Assembly: GCA_003599025.1 (NCBI GenBank)
Contig: QZIL01000021.1
Coordinates: 3,965 to 67,964 of the forward strand
Source of the DNA: Nitrospiraceae bacterium
GTDB lineage: Bacteria > Nitrospirota > Thermodesulfovibrionia > UBA6902
Length of the DNA: 64,000 nt
Direction: 5' to 3'
The notes beneath the pieces are model-generated. The model had not been told where the DNA came from and did not search any database. It saw only the letters and a list, made by a program, of their open reading frames with translations. Shown piece after piece: positions 11,719 to 21,402 of the stretch (its first letter is position 1; every line of letters begins with the position of its first letter). Made by a program: the position numbers and the translations under genes.

Positions 11719-12358
11719 AATTATGTATCTCCTTTAGTATTCTTAAGGCCTTGAAGCCTTCTGCATATTTGACTCTTCCCTGGTATCCGCGAAAGTTGGC
11801 ACAGGACCTGGCGCTCTCAAGGATGGTAAGGTCCTTGACCCTTGTCCGGTTGATCTGCGAAGCATGTGTGCTTAGAAGGTCCAGCTTTTTGTCCAGTACA
11901 TCTCTGATATCAACAAATATATCAGGCTGAAAATTCTTGCTTGACGGCACCTCATAAAAAAGCACCTCTCTTACAAATCGCGTTGCGGAGATGGCGGCCT
12001 CTGCTGCAGTCCGGTGGTCCTGATGTGTGTCATCAAAATAGTTAATCAAAATAGAGTGCGGATCTGTTTCATTTATAACATCTTCAATTAGGGAGATTAT
12101 TGTTCTTGTTGAGGGAAGGTCCGTGTCGCTGAAATTGCCCCAGAAGACTTTTTTCACATTGATCAGCTTCGCGGATTCCTCCTGTTCTTTTCTTCTGATC
12201 CAGCGTTCTCCTCCAACATCACCCATTGTCAGTATAAGAAGATAGATGTTATATCCTTTTTCAGCGTACTTCAGCAAGGTACCTCCACAGCCGAATTCAA
12301 TATCGTCCGGATGACATCCTATGGCCAGAATATTATTGCTATTTGAGCTGTAATTCAT
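11654..12358 (-). CDS. PIG-L family deacetylase
   Basis: HPDDIEFGCGG and HQDH motifs. Confidence 0.9.
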   Translation of the reverse strand: MNYSSNSNNILAIGCHPDDIEFGCGGTLLKYAEKGYNIYLLILTMGDVGGERWIRRKEQEESAKLINVKKVFWGNFSDTDLPSTRTIISLIEDVINETDPHSILINYFDDTHQDHRTAAEAAISATRFVREVLFYEVPSSKNFQPDIFVDIRDVLDKKLDLLSTHASQINRTRVKDLTILESARSCANFRGYQGRVKYAEGFKALRILKEIHNCEYADARDNVLRGGIAFNTSN

Positions 12359-13061
12359 GCGTTACCTCTTCTCCGATCAGAATTTGTTTGCTATACGGTC
12401 CTTCATTGAATAATAAATCCACACTTGACATGTATGGAATGAACGCACTTCCTTTTCCAGCATATTGCTGATGATATACAGGATGCTTAAACTTCTGATA
12501 GATTAATTTAATGCCTGCCCGGTCAAATTTATACTCTTCCAGGTAACCTCTGCCGCCTTCACCCGAAAGATATGCAGTGGCCTTGAATTTTTTACATATT
12601 TCTATGATGCGATCTGTTTTGGTAGCACTTATCCCAAGATTGTGCTCATAATAAAGGGGCGTCGTTATTTCAAGCTCTTTCAGAATATATTTCATCATAT
12701 CTATGTTTATATGGACTAACCGTTCCGTTTCCCTTGACAATATATCTTCAAAAAACGGGATGTAATCATTAAAATAAAGAGAGCTCTGATACCATGTTTT
12801 TATGCTGTTGAAATGTTTTTTGCGCCAGCCATTGCTGTTATCTATCAATACATCACATATTTTTTTCCTGCCTGTACCGCTGGATTGAACAGGCACTGTC
12901 AGCCACATCCATCCATCTTTTGTCCTGATTTTGTTTCTGTTCTGGAACTCTCTCTCTTTATACTGGACCTGGTCCAGAAAGACAAAGCAGTCGCTTTTGG
13001 CGATTTTGTCGAACAATCCCAACCATGGCATGTACTGAGGCTGATGCACTGATAAAATCAT
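12339..13061 (-). CDS. WbqC-like protein
   Basis: HQPQYMPWLG, QNRNKI, YLSGEGG, SSVDLLFN. Confidence 0.9.
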   Translation of the reverse strand: MILSVHQPQYMPWLGLFDKIAKSDCFVFLDQVQYKEREFQNRNKIRTKDGWMWLTVPVQSSGTGRKKICDVLIDNSNGWRKKHFNSIKTWYQSSLYFNDYIPFFEDILSRETERLVHINIDMMKYILKELEITTPLYYEHNLGISATKTDRIIEICKKFKATAYLSGEGGRGYLEEYKFDRAGIKLIYQKFKHPVYHQQYAGKGSAFIPYMSSVDLLFNEGPYSKQILIGEEVTHELQLK

Positions 13062-13361
13062 TTTTTATTTACCTCCAGCAATGAAAATACATAAAGATAA
13101 ATATTATCATCCTGAGATAAGTGTCTCATAATTGGTCTACTCCCCCTCTGATATTGATAAATCAACTTATGACCTGCCTATAGAAAAGCTAATCGGATTT
13201 GTTTAGATAAAATTAATAGGGGGATACTACCGAGCTACAATGGGGGATTGAACTATTGATATGCTTGAAATGGGGAATTTCATTAATACGAATCAAAACT
13301 TGATCCTGGGATCGAGTTTGTTATGGATGGTTATAGTATTTATAAATCATCAACCATTGAC

Positions 13362-13445
13362 TGTCATGCCCGAAGTCCTTAATCGGGCATCCAGTATCTA
13401 TTAAAAAGACTCTGGATTCCCGCTCAACAGACTGCGGGAATGACA
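13362..13445. repeat. dRS3-like palindromic element (GTCATTCCCG...CGGGAATGAC family)
   Basis: tgtcatgcccga...tcgggcatccag...ctggattcccgc...gcgggaatgaca. Confidence 0.75.
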
Positions 13446-13489
13446 CCTCTGATGTGTATAGCCTATTATGAGATTGTTAATTATTGCTG

Positions 13490-14644
13490 TCATCTGCACA
13501 CCGATTCATATAAATCAGAAAAGCTTGCCACCATTCTCGATGCACTGAATTTATCGTCTGCCCAGAACCTTGCCATCTCACCCATTCTTTGCCTTTTGTC
13601 ATTGTCTTCTATTAACGATATCAATGCCCGGGCCAGCCCGTCTGCATCACCGGGGGGGACCAGTATTCCGGTTTCCATGTCCTTTACTATCTCAGGTATT
13701 CCTCCAACCTTTGTTGCAACAACCGGTATGCCGCAGGCACCTGCCTCAATCAATGTCCTGCCGACTGCCTCATTAAGCGATGGCAATACCAGAATATCCA
13801 GACCCGGCAGTATTTCCGGGATGTCCTCTCTCCAGCCGGTAAAAGTGACGCGGTCGGATATTTTCAGCTCCCTGCACCTCGATTCCAGTTTGTACCTTAA
13901 CGAACCTTCCCCGACCACCAGAAACTCTGCCTGAGGGCACTTCTCTGCCACAGAGACTGCGGCCTCAATAAAGTACCCCGGTCCCTTTATCTGCTCCAGC
14001 CTTCCTACCATTCCGACCAGAACCGAACCCGACTTAATGCCTAATTTATCACGCCTGCCATTTTTATCAGCCTTTACATTCCTGTAAAGCTCCAGTTCGA
14101 GTCCGCTGTTGATAATATCGACTTTTTCAGGCCGCGCCACATTATAGGAAGACAGGTCTTTTTTCTCCAGGTCCGTGAGAGCGGTTATCCTGTCAGTAAA
14201 ATGTGTAAGAAACCGTTCAGCCATAATTACTAATTTGCTCTTTGCAGGCCCGAAATACCCATAAAAGTTATGGCCGTGTGAAGTGTGAATTACACCCGCC
14301 CTTCCTGCAAGCCGGGCAGCGATCCTTCCTAGCGCTCCCGCCTTTGCAGTATGAGTGTGTACAATATCAAACTTCTCCTTCCTGAATAAACGATAGAGTC
14401 TGAATAATGCGATGATATCATCTAAAGGTTTCACATCTCTCTGGAGTTGAGGGACGGTTATGACCCTGTTTTTAAATTCGGTAAGAAAATTTTCAGTCAT
14501 TGAAGACGGGTTTTTTGAAGGCCCTGTTATTAAGGTTATATCAAACCTGTCAGGGTCAAGGGATTTGCACACCAGCCTGATTATGTCCGGTGATCCGCCC
14601 CAGTCAAGGCGTGTAATTACCTGTGCGATTTTAATTTTTTTCAT
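13490..14644 (-). CDS. GT4 (GT-B) glycosyltransferase
   Basis: HTHTAKAG, VGRLEQIKG, EAVGRTLIEAGACG. Confidence 0.92.
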   Translation of the reverse strand: MKKIKIAQVITRLDWGGSPDIIRLVCKSLDPDRFDITLITGPSKNPSSMTENFLTEFKNRVITVPQLQRDVKPLDDIIALFRLYRLFRKEKFDIVHTHTAKAGALGRIAARLAGRAGVIHTSHGHNFYGYFGPAKSKLVIMAERFLTHFTDRITALTDLEKKDLSSYNVARPEKVDIINSGLELELYRNVKADKNGRRDKLGIKSGSVLVGMVGRLEQIKGPGYFIEAAVSVAEKCPQAEFLVVGEGSLRYKLESRCRELKISDRVTFTGWREDIPEILPGLDILVLPSLNEAVGRTLIEAGACGIPVVATKVGGIPEIVKDMETGILVPPGDADGLARALISLIEDNDKRQRMGEMARFWADDKFSASRMVASFSDLYESVCR

Positions 14645-14654
14645 ATATGGCTTA

Positions 14655-14868
14655 CCTTACAGTTTCATTACATTACTCATATGAGGCATGCGGTTTTGAC
14701 GGAAAAGCTTTACCTGCGATACCTTAGCGAGATTTATTAACGCACAAATAATGTCTTTCCGGACTTCACCATGCGTTACGTCCTGCCGTTAATATTTATT
14801 CCCAATATCTCATCGCATTGTAAAGGTTTTACGGCAAGACCGCTTGACTGATTTATGCAACATTAAGG
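14655..14868. mobile_element. 214-bp MITE-like element, copy 1
   Basis: Imperfect terminal IRs (CCTTACAGTTTCATTA / TTATGCAACATTAAGG), TTA on both flanks and a long internal IR. Same length as, and homologous to, 35499-35712. Confidence 0.7.
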
Positions 14869-14953
14869 TTAACATTATTAGCAAGAAGGGAAGCCTGGAG
14901 TATGTCTTCCACTTGACCCCTCTACTCCTTGACTCCTGCCTATTGACCCTCAG

Positions 14954-16111
14954 TTAATACCTGTACAATTCCGTACATCTTACACATGCGGGAAGCATTC
15001 TGTTTTCCCGCACAGTGCTGCGAAACCTGACCGCTTTTTCACTGTTCCACACTTCAGCAAAACTTTCCGCCCTCACATTCCCGAATGAGTAATCGAAGTT
15101 CAGGCATGGTCTCAGTTCTCCGTCAGGGAATATATATCCTGTCATCCATGGACTTACACATCTGCCCTGTCCATTTGACGGGGCATATGAGGGATTAAGG
15201 TAATAATCATTAAGCTGCTCCTTCGAAAAATTGGGATACATGTCTATAGGGAAGTCCGGTTTGCTTCTGGAGATGTCCTTAATCTTTGCATGCAGTGCTT
15301 CAGGATCAACTTGCGGCTCACAAACAAAGCCCTCCCAGTTTAAGGAAGAACAGTCAAGCATCCGGTCAAACTCAAGCTGCTTCTCCATTGTGTCCCTGTC
15401 AAGAAAAATAAGATTGTGAAAGGTAAGGGAGTTTGCCCTGATTTCCTCTGCCACGGTCACCATCTGTTCAAGATGCCGATAATTGTGCCGGTTTATAGTG
15501 CACTGCAGATTAATCAGGGGGGTTTTTGTCTTCATCTTTTCTTTCAGGTCTGTTACCTCTTTAAGGCCGTCCATAATCCTGCTGTACAGACCGGGCACCC
15601 CGCGTATTTCATCATGAAGCTCCATCCCCCCGTCAACCGACACATTGAGTTCATCCAGCCCGCTCTCAACCAGCCCATGTCCATACCTGGATAGCATTGA
15701 CCCGTTTGTAATCATCAGGCAGTGAAGTTCTTTTTTCTTAATATATCCTATCAGCTCATGGGCATGGCGATGCAGAAGCGGCTCTCCCCCGAACAGGGTA
15801 ATATTAGGCCTGAAAGACGCAATGTCATCAATGATTTTTTTCATGTCTTCAACCGGCATATCAGCAGTCCTGTCCCCTGCGGGTTTATTTCTTGTGACAC
15901 CCTGGTCCCCCCACTGTCCGCACATCCTGCAGCGCAGGTTGCATCGATGAGTCAAAAACAGGGTGACAGCTTCAGGCAGCCCCGCCTCTCCATTGCCGGC
16001 ATAATATGCGTAATATGCCTTTGAACGTTTTGCCGCTACCTTACCTGCATATACAGGCTGGTTAAATATCTTGCCCAGAAATCTTCTGGAATTTCTCCAC
16101 GGGATTTGCAT
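14954..16111 (-). CDS. Radical SAM protein with SPASM/twitch domain (in the polysaccharide locus)
   Basis: CNLRCRMC, GGEPLL; C-terminal CVSPW..PC..CVRC. Confidence 0.9.
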   Translation of the reverse strand: MQIPWRNSRRFLGKIFNQPVYAGKVAAKRSKAYYAYYAGNGEAGLPEAVTLFLTHRCNLRCRMCGQWGDQGVTRNKPAGDRTADMPVEDMKKIIDDIASFRPNITLFGGEPLLHRHAHELIGYIKKKELHCLMITNGSMLSRYGHGLVESGLDELNVSVDGGMELHDEIRGVPGLYSRIMDGLKEVTDLKEKMKTKTPLINLQCTINRHNYRHLEQMVTVAEEIRANSLTFHNLIFLDRDTMEKQLEFDRMLDCSSLNWEGFVCEPQVDPEALHAKIKDISRSKPDFPIDMYPNFSKEQLNDYYLNPSYAPSNGQGRCVSPWMTGYIFPDGELRPCLNFDYSFGNVRAESFAEVWNSEKAVRFRSTVRENRMLPACVRCTELYRY

Positions 16112-17306
16112 GTTCAGTTCCTTTTATCTGTTTTGTAGAAGTAACCAGTCCGATTAATCTTCTTATGTCTTTTCCGGACAGCATGGAGTGAACCGGCAAT
16201 GCTATGAGGTGATCGGCAAGATGCACGGCATTCGGAAAGGCATCCTTTTCATAGCCGAGATCATAGACGTGGTGCAAAGGATTTACATCCATGCTGGCGC
16301 TTTGTATCCCTGCCTGTTTAAGGGCAGCCTCGATCCTCTTCTTCCGGTCCATGTCTTTCACCATGATCGGAAGGCGGTTAAAGGAAGGTTCCATTGTTTC
16401 CCTTATTTCAGGAAGAACTATTCCCCTGTCATCTCTTAATGTGTTCATAATAGTTGCAGCACTATAATGCCGATCCAGGACTGATTGATTAAACCTCTTT
16501 AGAAGTGAGGCCCCTAATCCAGCCTGAACAGGCGTATACTTAAAAACCGGGAAGTCATCAGGATATGTCTGATTTTTTGACGGACCCATAAACGGACAGG
16601 CAATGGTATAAAAAAGCGGCCTGAATAACATCGCCAGCACTATAAATTTAACAAAGAGAGAACACTCCTGAATAAATCCGGCGTCCTTGAAACCGCCAAG
16701 GGTTTTCTCGATGTCGTCTCTCAGTCTGTCTGAATTTACAATTAAGGCCCCTCCTCCGTAAGTAGGCAGGTGCTTCCCCCTGTTAAAGCTGAATATGGCG
16801 GCATCGGCAAAACTGCCGGTCAGCCGTCCGTCCACTTTTACGCCCATCGCCTGGGCACAATCCTCAACAAGAAAAACATCTTCAGGCAAATCATCCTTTA
16901 TCTTCGCTATGTCACCAACAGGCATGCCGAACATGTGAACACAGACAACGCACAGGGTGTCGGATGTAACCGCTTCCCGCACGGTGTTAGCTGTCATGTT
17001 AAATTCCTTTCCCGATATGTCGCACAGCACCGGCTTGAGGCCGGCCTTCCTTATGGCAACAACAAGGCACCTTGCAGCATGGGCCGGAATGATCACCTCT
17101 CGCTTCAGAGATTTCGTTTTCAGAGACTGAAGAATGGTGTAAAAGGCTGCTGTACCTGAGTTGACGAGATATATTCGTCCTGATGGAATGAATGAAGAAA
17201 GGGTGGCCCCGAACCTTTCCCTGCTATTTCCTGATAAAAAATACAGCAGGCCGGAAACCATATCAGACAGGGTTATCCTGTAACCTATGACAGGTATCTT
17301 CAGCAT
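16062..17306 (-). CDS. DegT/DnrJ/EryC1/StrS PLP-dependent sugar aminotransferase
   Basis: NSGTAA, VEDCAQ, FSFNRGKHLPTYGGG (PLP lysine), LPVH. Confidence 0.88.
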   Translation of the reverse strand: MLKIPVIGYRITLSDMVSGLLYFLSGNSRERFGATLSSFIPSGRIYLVNSGTAAFYTILQSLKTKSLKREVIIPAHAARCLVVAIRKAGLKPVLCDISGKEFNMTANTVREAVTSDTLCVVCVHMFGMPVGDIAKIKDDLPEDVFLVEDCAQAMGVKVDGRLTGSFADAAIFSFNRGKHLPTYGGGALIVNSDRLRDDIEKTLGGFKDAGFIQECSLFVKFIVLAMLFRPLFYTIACPFMGPSKNQTYPDDFPVFKYTPVQAGLGASLLKRFNQSVLDRHYSAATIMNTLRDDRGIVLPEIRETMEPSFNRLPIMVKDMDRKKRIEAALKQAGIQSASMDVNPLHHVYDLGYEKDAFPNAVHLADHLIALPVHSMLSGKDIRRLIGLVTSTKQIKGTEHANPVEKFQKISGQDI

Positions 17307-17981
17307 TTATTTTTTAACGCCTTCAAACATGATAATCGGGGCCATTGGCTTTAAAGGGAAAAACAGGGGTCTCTCACGCACGATTTCAAACCCTGCATTT
17401 TTCAGGATGACGCGTATTTCCGCAGGCTTGTATGTGCTGAGATTGAGGTTTCTGCTGGTCGCATCGTAGTACTTTGCGAGTTTGTACTTCACGACAAGAA
17501 AAGGGTTCAGTGAATTACGGATGTCAAAGATAATCCTGCTGCCCTTTTTGCATACTCTTGCTATTTCATTTAAGGAGCTGCTAACTTTTGCAATAGAATC
17601 CATATTGAGGAATACGTTTATACAGACTACCTTATCGAAGAAGGCATCCTCAAAAGGCAGATCGGATGCATCTGCCCTCCGCAACGTTACGCCAGGCCGC
17701 AGCTGATTTAATCTCCTCTCCGACTTTGATAATGCCTCGTCCCACTGGTCAACTCCAAAGATCTCCAGTCCGGGAAATGCCTTTATGAGACCGGCAAGGA
17801 ACAACCCCTCTCCGCAGCCTACTTCAAGAAGCCGCCCTTTCTGCATTGCGCACATGTCCTGGGCGGTCTGCCGCACCAGATACTGCCAGTAGCCTGAGGA
17901 ATATTCTCCCCTTTCCTCAGGCTTTGACATTGCCTGGTGAAGACGGTAATACATTTTTTCAATTGACATAAACTTTTCCAT
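17307..17981 (-). CDS. Class I SAM methyltransferase
   Basis: LLEVGCGEG, DASDLPFEDAFFD. Confidence 0.9.
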   Translation of the reverse strand: MEKFMSIEKMYYRLHQAMSKPEERGEYSSGYWQYLVRQTAQDMCAMQKGRLLEVGCGEGLFLAGLIKAFPGLEIFGVDQWDEALSKSERRLNQLRPGVTLRRADASDLPFEDAFFDKVVCINVFLNMDSIAKVSSSLNEIARVCKKGSRIIFDIRNSLNPFLVVKYKLAKYYDATSRNLNLSTYKPAEIRVILKNAGFEIVRERPLFFPLKPMAPIIMFEGVKK

Positions 17982-19122
17982 AATCCGATAATAAACCTCC
18001 TACTGTCTTGCTGATCATTTCCCACCTGAAGTCCTTCATCACTCTCTCCCTTCCCTTCATGCCATAACTCCCGGCTAACTCTCTGTCCGAGAGGATCTGA
18101 ATTATCTGATCAGCGAGAAGCTCTGTGTCCAGAGGATCGATCAATACTCCTGTTTCTCCGTTAAGTACTGAGTCTGAAGTGCCTCCCGATCTCCCGCCAA
18201 TTACAGGTTTGCCGCAGGCCCCGGCCTCAATAAAGGAAATACCGAAGCCCTCCACAGCTTCAAATCCATCAGTTTCTCTGTTAGGCAGCACATACAGGTC
18301 ACAGGCGTTATAATATTTTGGAAGGTCTTCATCACTGACAAATCCTGCGAAAACAATATGATCTTCAAGATGTAATTCATGTGCCAGCATCTGAAGCCTC
18401 TTTTTTTCGGGACCGTTGCCAATGATTACATATCTTATGTCCGGTATCTTCTCAACCACTTTTTTCAAAGAACGGATGACCGTGTCATTGCCTTTTCTCG
18501 GTACCAGGCGGCCTACTGTCATTATCACTCTCCTGTTTTCCAGATCATGCTTTTTCACCAGGTCCCTGACGTCCATATCAGGCCTGAACTGGTCCGCATC
18601 AACTCCGGGAGTGACTTTCAACAGCTTCTCATCAGGTATGCCGAACCTGCTGTATTCTTCATCAGTATAAGAGCTGTTCGTAATGACCCTGTCGGCATTG
18701 TCCAGGATGCATTTAAGCATTTTCAAAAACAGCTTACTGTCTTTAAACTTTATCGTTTCTCCCCCATATACCCAGACATGGTAAGGCATATTAAACAGTT
18801 TCCTGAAAATCAGGCCTACGGCCCCGATGATCATCGGCTGACCGCATATCAGCAGGTCTATCTTTTCTTTTCTCGTTATCCTCATTGTATGGACAAAGAG
18901 CAAAATTGCACTCAGGAATTTCTTAATGATATCCGTCTCCAGAGAATACTTTTTACGGACGACCTGTATTCCGTTTACCCTGTCAAACTCAAGAGAGCCC
19001 CTTACACGCGGTGCCAGGACAAGACACTGATCAGCGGGGAGAGATTTCCAGATGTTATAAAAGACCGTAGCGATACCGCTCACAATCGGTGGAAAGTCAT
19101 ATGTAATCAGCAAGGATCGCAT
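17959..19122 (-). CDS. GT4 glycosyltransferase (PimB-like)
   Basis: ITYDFPPIVSGI, VGRLVPRKG, EGFGISFIEA. Confidence 0.92.
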   Translation of the reverse strand: MRSLLITYDFPPIVSGIATVFYNIWKSLPADQCLVLAPRVRGSLEFDRVNGIQVVRKKYSLETDIIKKFLSAILLFVHTMRITRKEKIDLLICGQPMIIGAVGLIFRKLFNMPYHVWVYGGETIKFKDSKLFLKMLKCILDNADRVITNSSYTDEEYSRFGIPDEKLLKVTPGVDADQFRPDMDVRDLVKKHDLENRRVIMTVGRLVPRKGNDTVIRSLKKVVEKIPDIRYVIIGNGPEKKRLQMLAHELHLEDHIVFAGFVSDEDLPKYYNACDLYVLPNRETDGFEAVEGFGISFIEAGACGKPVIGGRSGGTSDSVLNGETGVLIDPLDTELLADQIIQILSDRELAGSYGMKGRERVMKDFRWEMISKTVGGLLSDYGKVYVN

Positions 19123-19128
19123 CTGAAA

Positions 19129-20277
19129 TTAATTACTCCTCAAAAGTCCCTCGAATATATTCAACATATCCACACTCATTTTCTGAAAAGAATATTCACC
19201 TGCTTTTTGAAAGCCCCTTTCCTGTAAATGCTGTCTCAGGCCCCTCCGTGTCAGAACGTCTTCGATTGCCCGGGCCATTTCATCCGAATTCAGGGGGTCA
19301 ACAAGCACAGCTGCATCCCCCAGGATCTCTGGGATGCATGACCTCTTTGAACTTATAACCGGAGTCCCGCAGGCCATTGCCTCAAGAGGAGGAAGCCCGA
19401 ATCCTTCATAAAATGATGGAAACAGAAACACCTCTGCTCCACTATAGATGGCCGGAAGGTGTTTGTTTTCAATAAAACCCGTAAATATCGCTTGCTCCGC
19501 TATTCCCAGCTCTACACAAAGCCTTTCCATTTTATTACGGCCACCATCTTTTTTGCCGCCCAGTACAAGTTTATATTCTCTTCGCAGCTCATGTTTTATT
19601 TTTGCATATGCTTTAAGAATGCCTTCCACATTCTTGTGCGGCGCAAAATTACCTACATAAAGCATGTAGTTCCCCTCAATGCCATAATTATTTTTGGCCC
19701 TCTTTATTTCATCCATGCCTCTAGGGTTAAATTCATCGCCAAATCCTTCATAAATTACTTCGACCTTCCCTTCCGGCGCTTCAAATAAATCCACGATGTC
19801 TTTTTTTGAATAGTTCGAAACGGTAAGGATTTTAGCTGCATTCTTTGCCATGAGACGAGACCACAATTTCAATATAGGACCAAATCTGTAAGCTGTCCTG
19901 TGTCCGCCAGCAGCCTGACTATCATTCACTGAATGCCCGATTTTGACGAATGGTGTTACATCATGAACTGTTATTACCGTCGGACAGTGAGCTAAAAGTG
20001 GCGTTTTGTAATATGGTGAAAAGAATATGTCTATTTTTTCCCTTTTCAGCAATTTGGGAAGCTCGACCTGATCCCAGATAACAGTAGATTTCTCGGTCAT
20101 GATAATATGTTTCATGTTCTGGTGTGCCGGAGAGAAGAACGTATTCTGGTTTCCAATAACAATAAACTCCCATGAAGGGGCTATATCAGGGGCATACTTC
20201 AGAAAATTAGAGACAAACCTGCCTATGCCGTTAACTTCATTCCTTCTGATGTCTCTGGCGTCAATTCCGATCTTCAT
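19129..20277 (-). CDS. GT4 glycosyltransferase (MtfB/WbaZ-like)
   Basis: MKIGIDAR start, PHKN, EGFGLPPLEAMACG. The track starts the ORF at 20316. Confidence 0.92.
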   Translation of the reverse strand: MKIGIDARDIRRNEVNGIGRFVSNFLKYAPDIAPSWEFIVIGNQNTFFSPAHQNMKHIIMTEKSTVIWDQVELPKLLKREKIDIFFSPYYKTPLLAHCPTVITVHDVTPFVKIGHSVNDSQAAGGHRTAYRFGPILKLWSRLMAKNAAKILTVSNYSKKDIVDLFEAPEGKVEVIYEGFGDEFNPRGMDEIKRAKNNYGIEGNYMLYVGNFAPHKNVEGILKAYAKIKHELRREYKLVLGGKKDGGRNKMERLCVELGIAEQAIFTGFIENKHLPAIYSGAEVFLFPSFYEGFGLPPLEAMACGTPVISSKRSCIPEILGDAAVLVDPLNSDEMARAIEDVLTRRGLRQHLQERGFQKAGEYSFQKMSVDMLNIFEGLLRSN

Positions 20278-20334
20278 TTGTAAATATCGCAAGTCAGACA
20301 AAGGAGGCCGCAGCAAAGGTTTTCATAACATTCA

Positions 20335-21402
20335 TCAGGAGAGCAATGAATCATAAATCCCCTCGATCATGCCCGTATTCTTTCTTACATCAAACAGCTG
20401 CTCGGCCCTGCCTCTGGTCTTTTCTCTCATACTGCACAGAATCCGGCGATCATCCGATACTTTTCTTATTATGGCCGCCAACTTCTCATGATCACCTGCA
20501 GGAAACATGAATTCTTTCAGCTCTTCACCCATGGCTTCCCTGCTGGACATGAGATCAGTAGCTATTACGACCTTTCCCATCGCCATCGATTCAATTATCA
20601 TCCTCGAAAGGCCCTCTTCTTTCATTGCGGGTAAAACCACTGTATCAACTGCCGACATATCATCGAGGATATTCGGCCTGTAATTTTTATATGTTACGCT
20701 GACGCCTCCTGACATCGCGCCAAGTTCCTCCAGATATTCCGGGTCTCCGTCTCCCATAACGGTCAGTTCCACTTCCCTGTTTATGCTCCTCATTGCCCCA
20801 AGGAGTGCATCTATGCCTTTTCTGCGCTGTATCTGTCCAAAATAACCGATTTGCAGGGGCCCGTTATTTTCGCATCTGTCTGAAGGCCGGAATGCATCCA
20901 GTTCAACCCCGTTAAAAATAATAGCGACTTTGTTCTTCCTGTCCCTGAATCTCCTGGCAGCGGTCCCGGATACCGCAATCAGTCGGTCTGTCAAATAATA
21001 CAGAAGCCTGTCCCCCAAGACATGGGAATCTGATACACGTGCATGGAAAATAACACGCACCCCGGAGACCTTTTTTACCAGCACTGCATAAAAGGCCTCA
21101 CGTGGCGACTCTGTATGAATCAAATCGATCCTGTTTTCCCTGACTATCCTCCACAACCGGACCAGACTGCTTGCAGGAGATGCAGCATTAATCGTCCGGA
21201 TCCTCGGGAACGGCAGAATAAATGTTTTCACGCCCAGCCTGGCGGCTTCTTCAGACAATTCATCTTCCTTCGGTACAACCAGAAAGGGCTGGAACCTGTC
21301 TCTGTTAAGATATTTAATCAACAGATGCAGGCTTCTCTGCCCGCCTCCGCGCATGGAGCTGAAGCAGCTTGTAAACAATATGTTATATTTCTGCGGCCCC
21401 AT
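20335..21402 (-). CDS. GT4 glycosyltransferase
   Basis: GGGQRS, RRKG, EGLSRMIIESMAMG. Confidence 0.9.
   Translation of the reverse strand: MGPQKYNILFTSCFSSMRGGGQRSLHLLIKYLNRDRFQPFLVVPKEDELSEEAARLGVKTFILPFPRIRTINAASPASSLVRLWRIVRENRIDLIHTESPREAFYAVLVKKVSGVRVIFHARVSDSHVLGDRLLYYLTDRLIAVSGTAARRFRDRKNKVAIIFNGVELDAFRPSDRCENNGPLQIGYFGQIQRRKGIDALLGAMRSINREVELTVMGDGDPEYLEELGAMSGGVSVTYKNYRPNILDDMSAVDTVVLPAMKEEGLSRMIIESMAMGKVVIATDLMSSREAMGEELKEFMFPAGDHEKLAAIIRKVSDDRRILCSMREKTRGRAEQLFDVRKNTGMIEGIYDSLLS

Noticed and set aside
18379-19227. 282-aa plus-strand ORF
   Set aside because: Antisense shadow of well-supported GT4 genes; no recognisable motifs.
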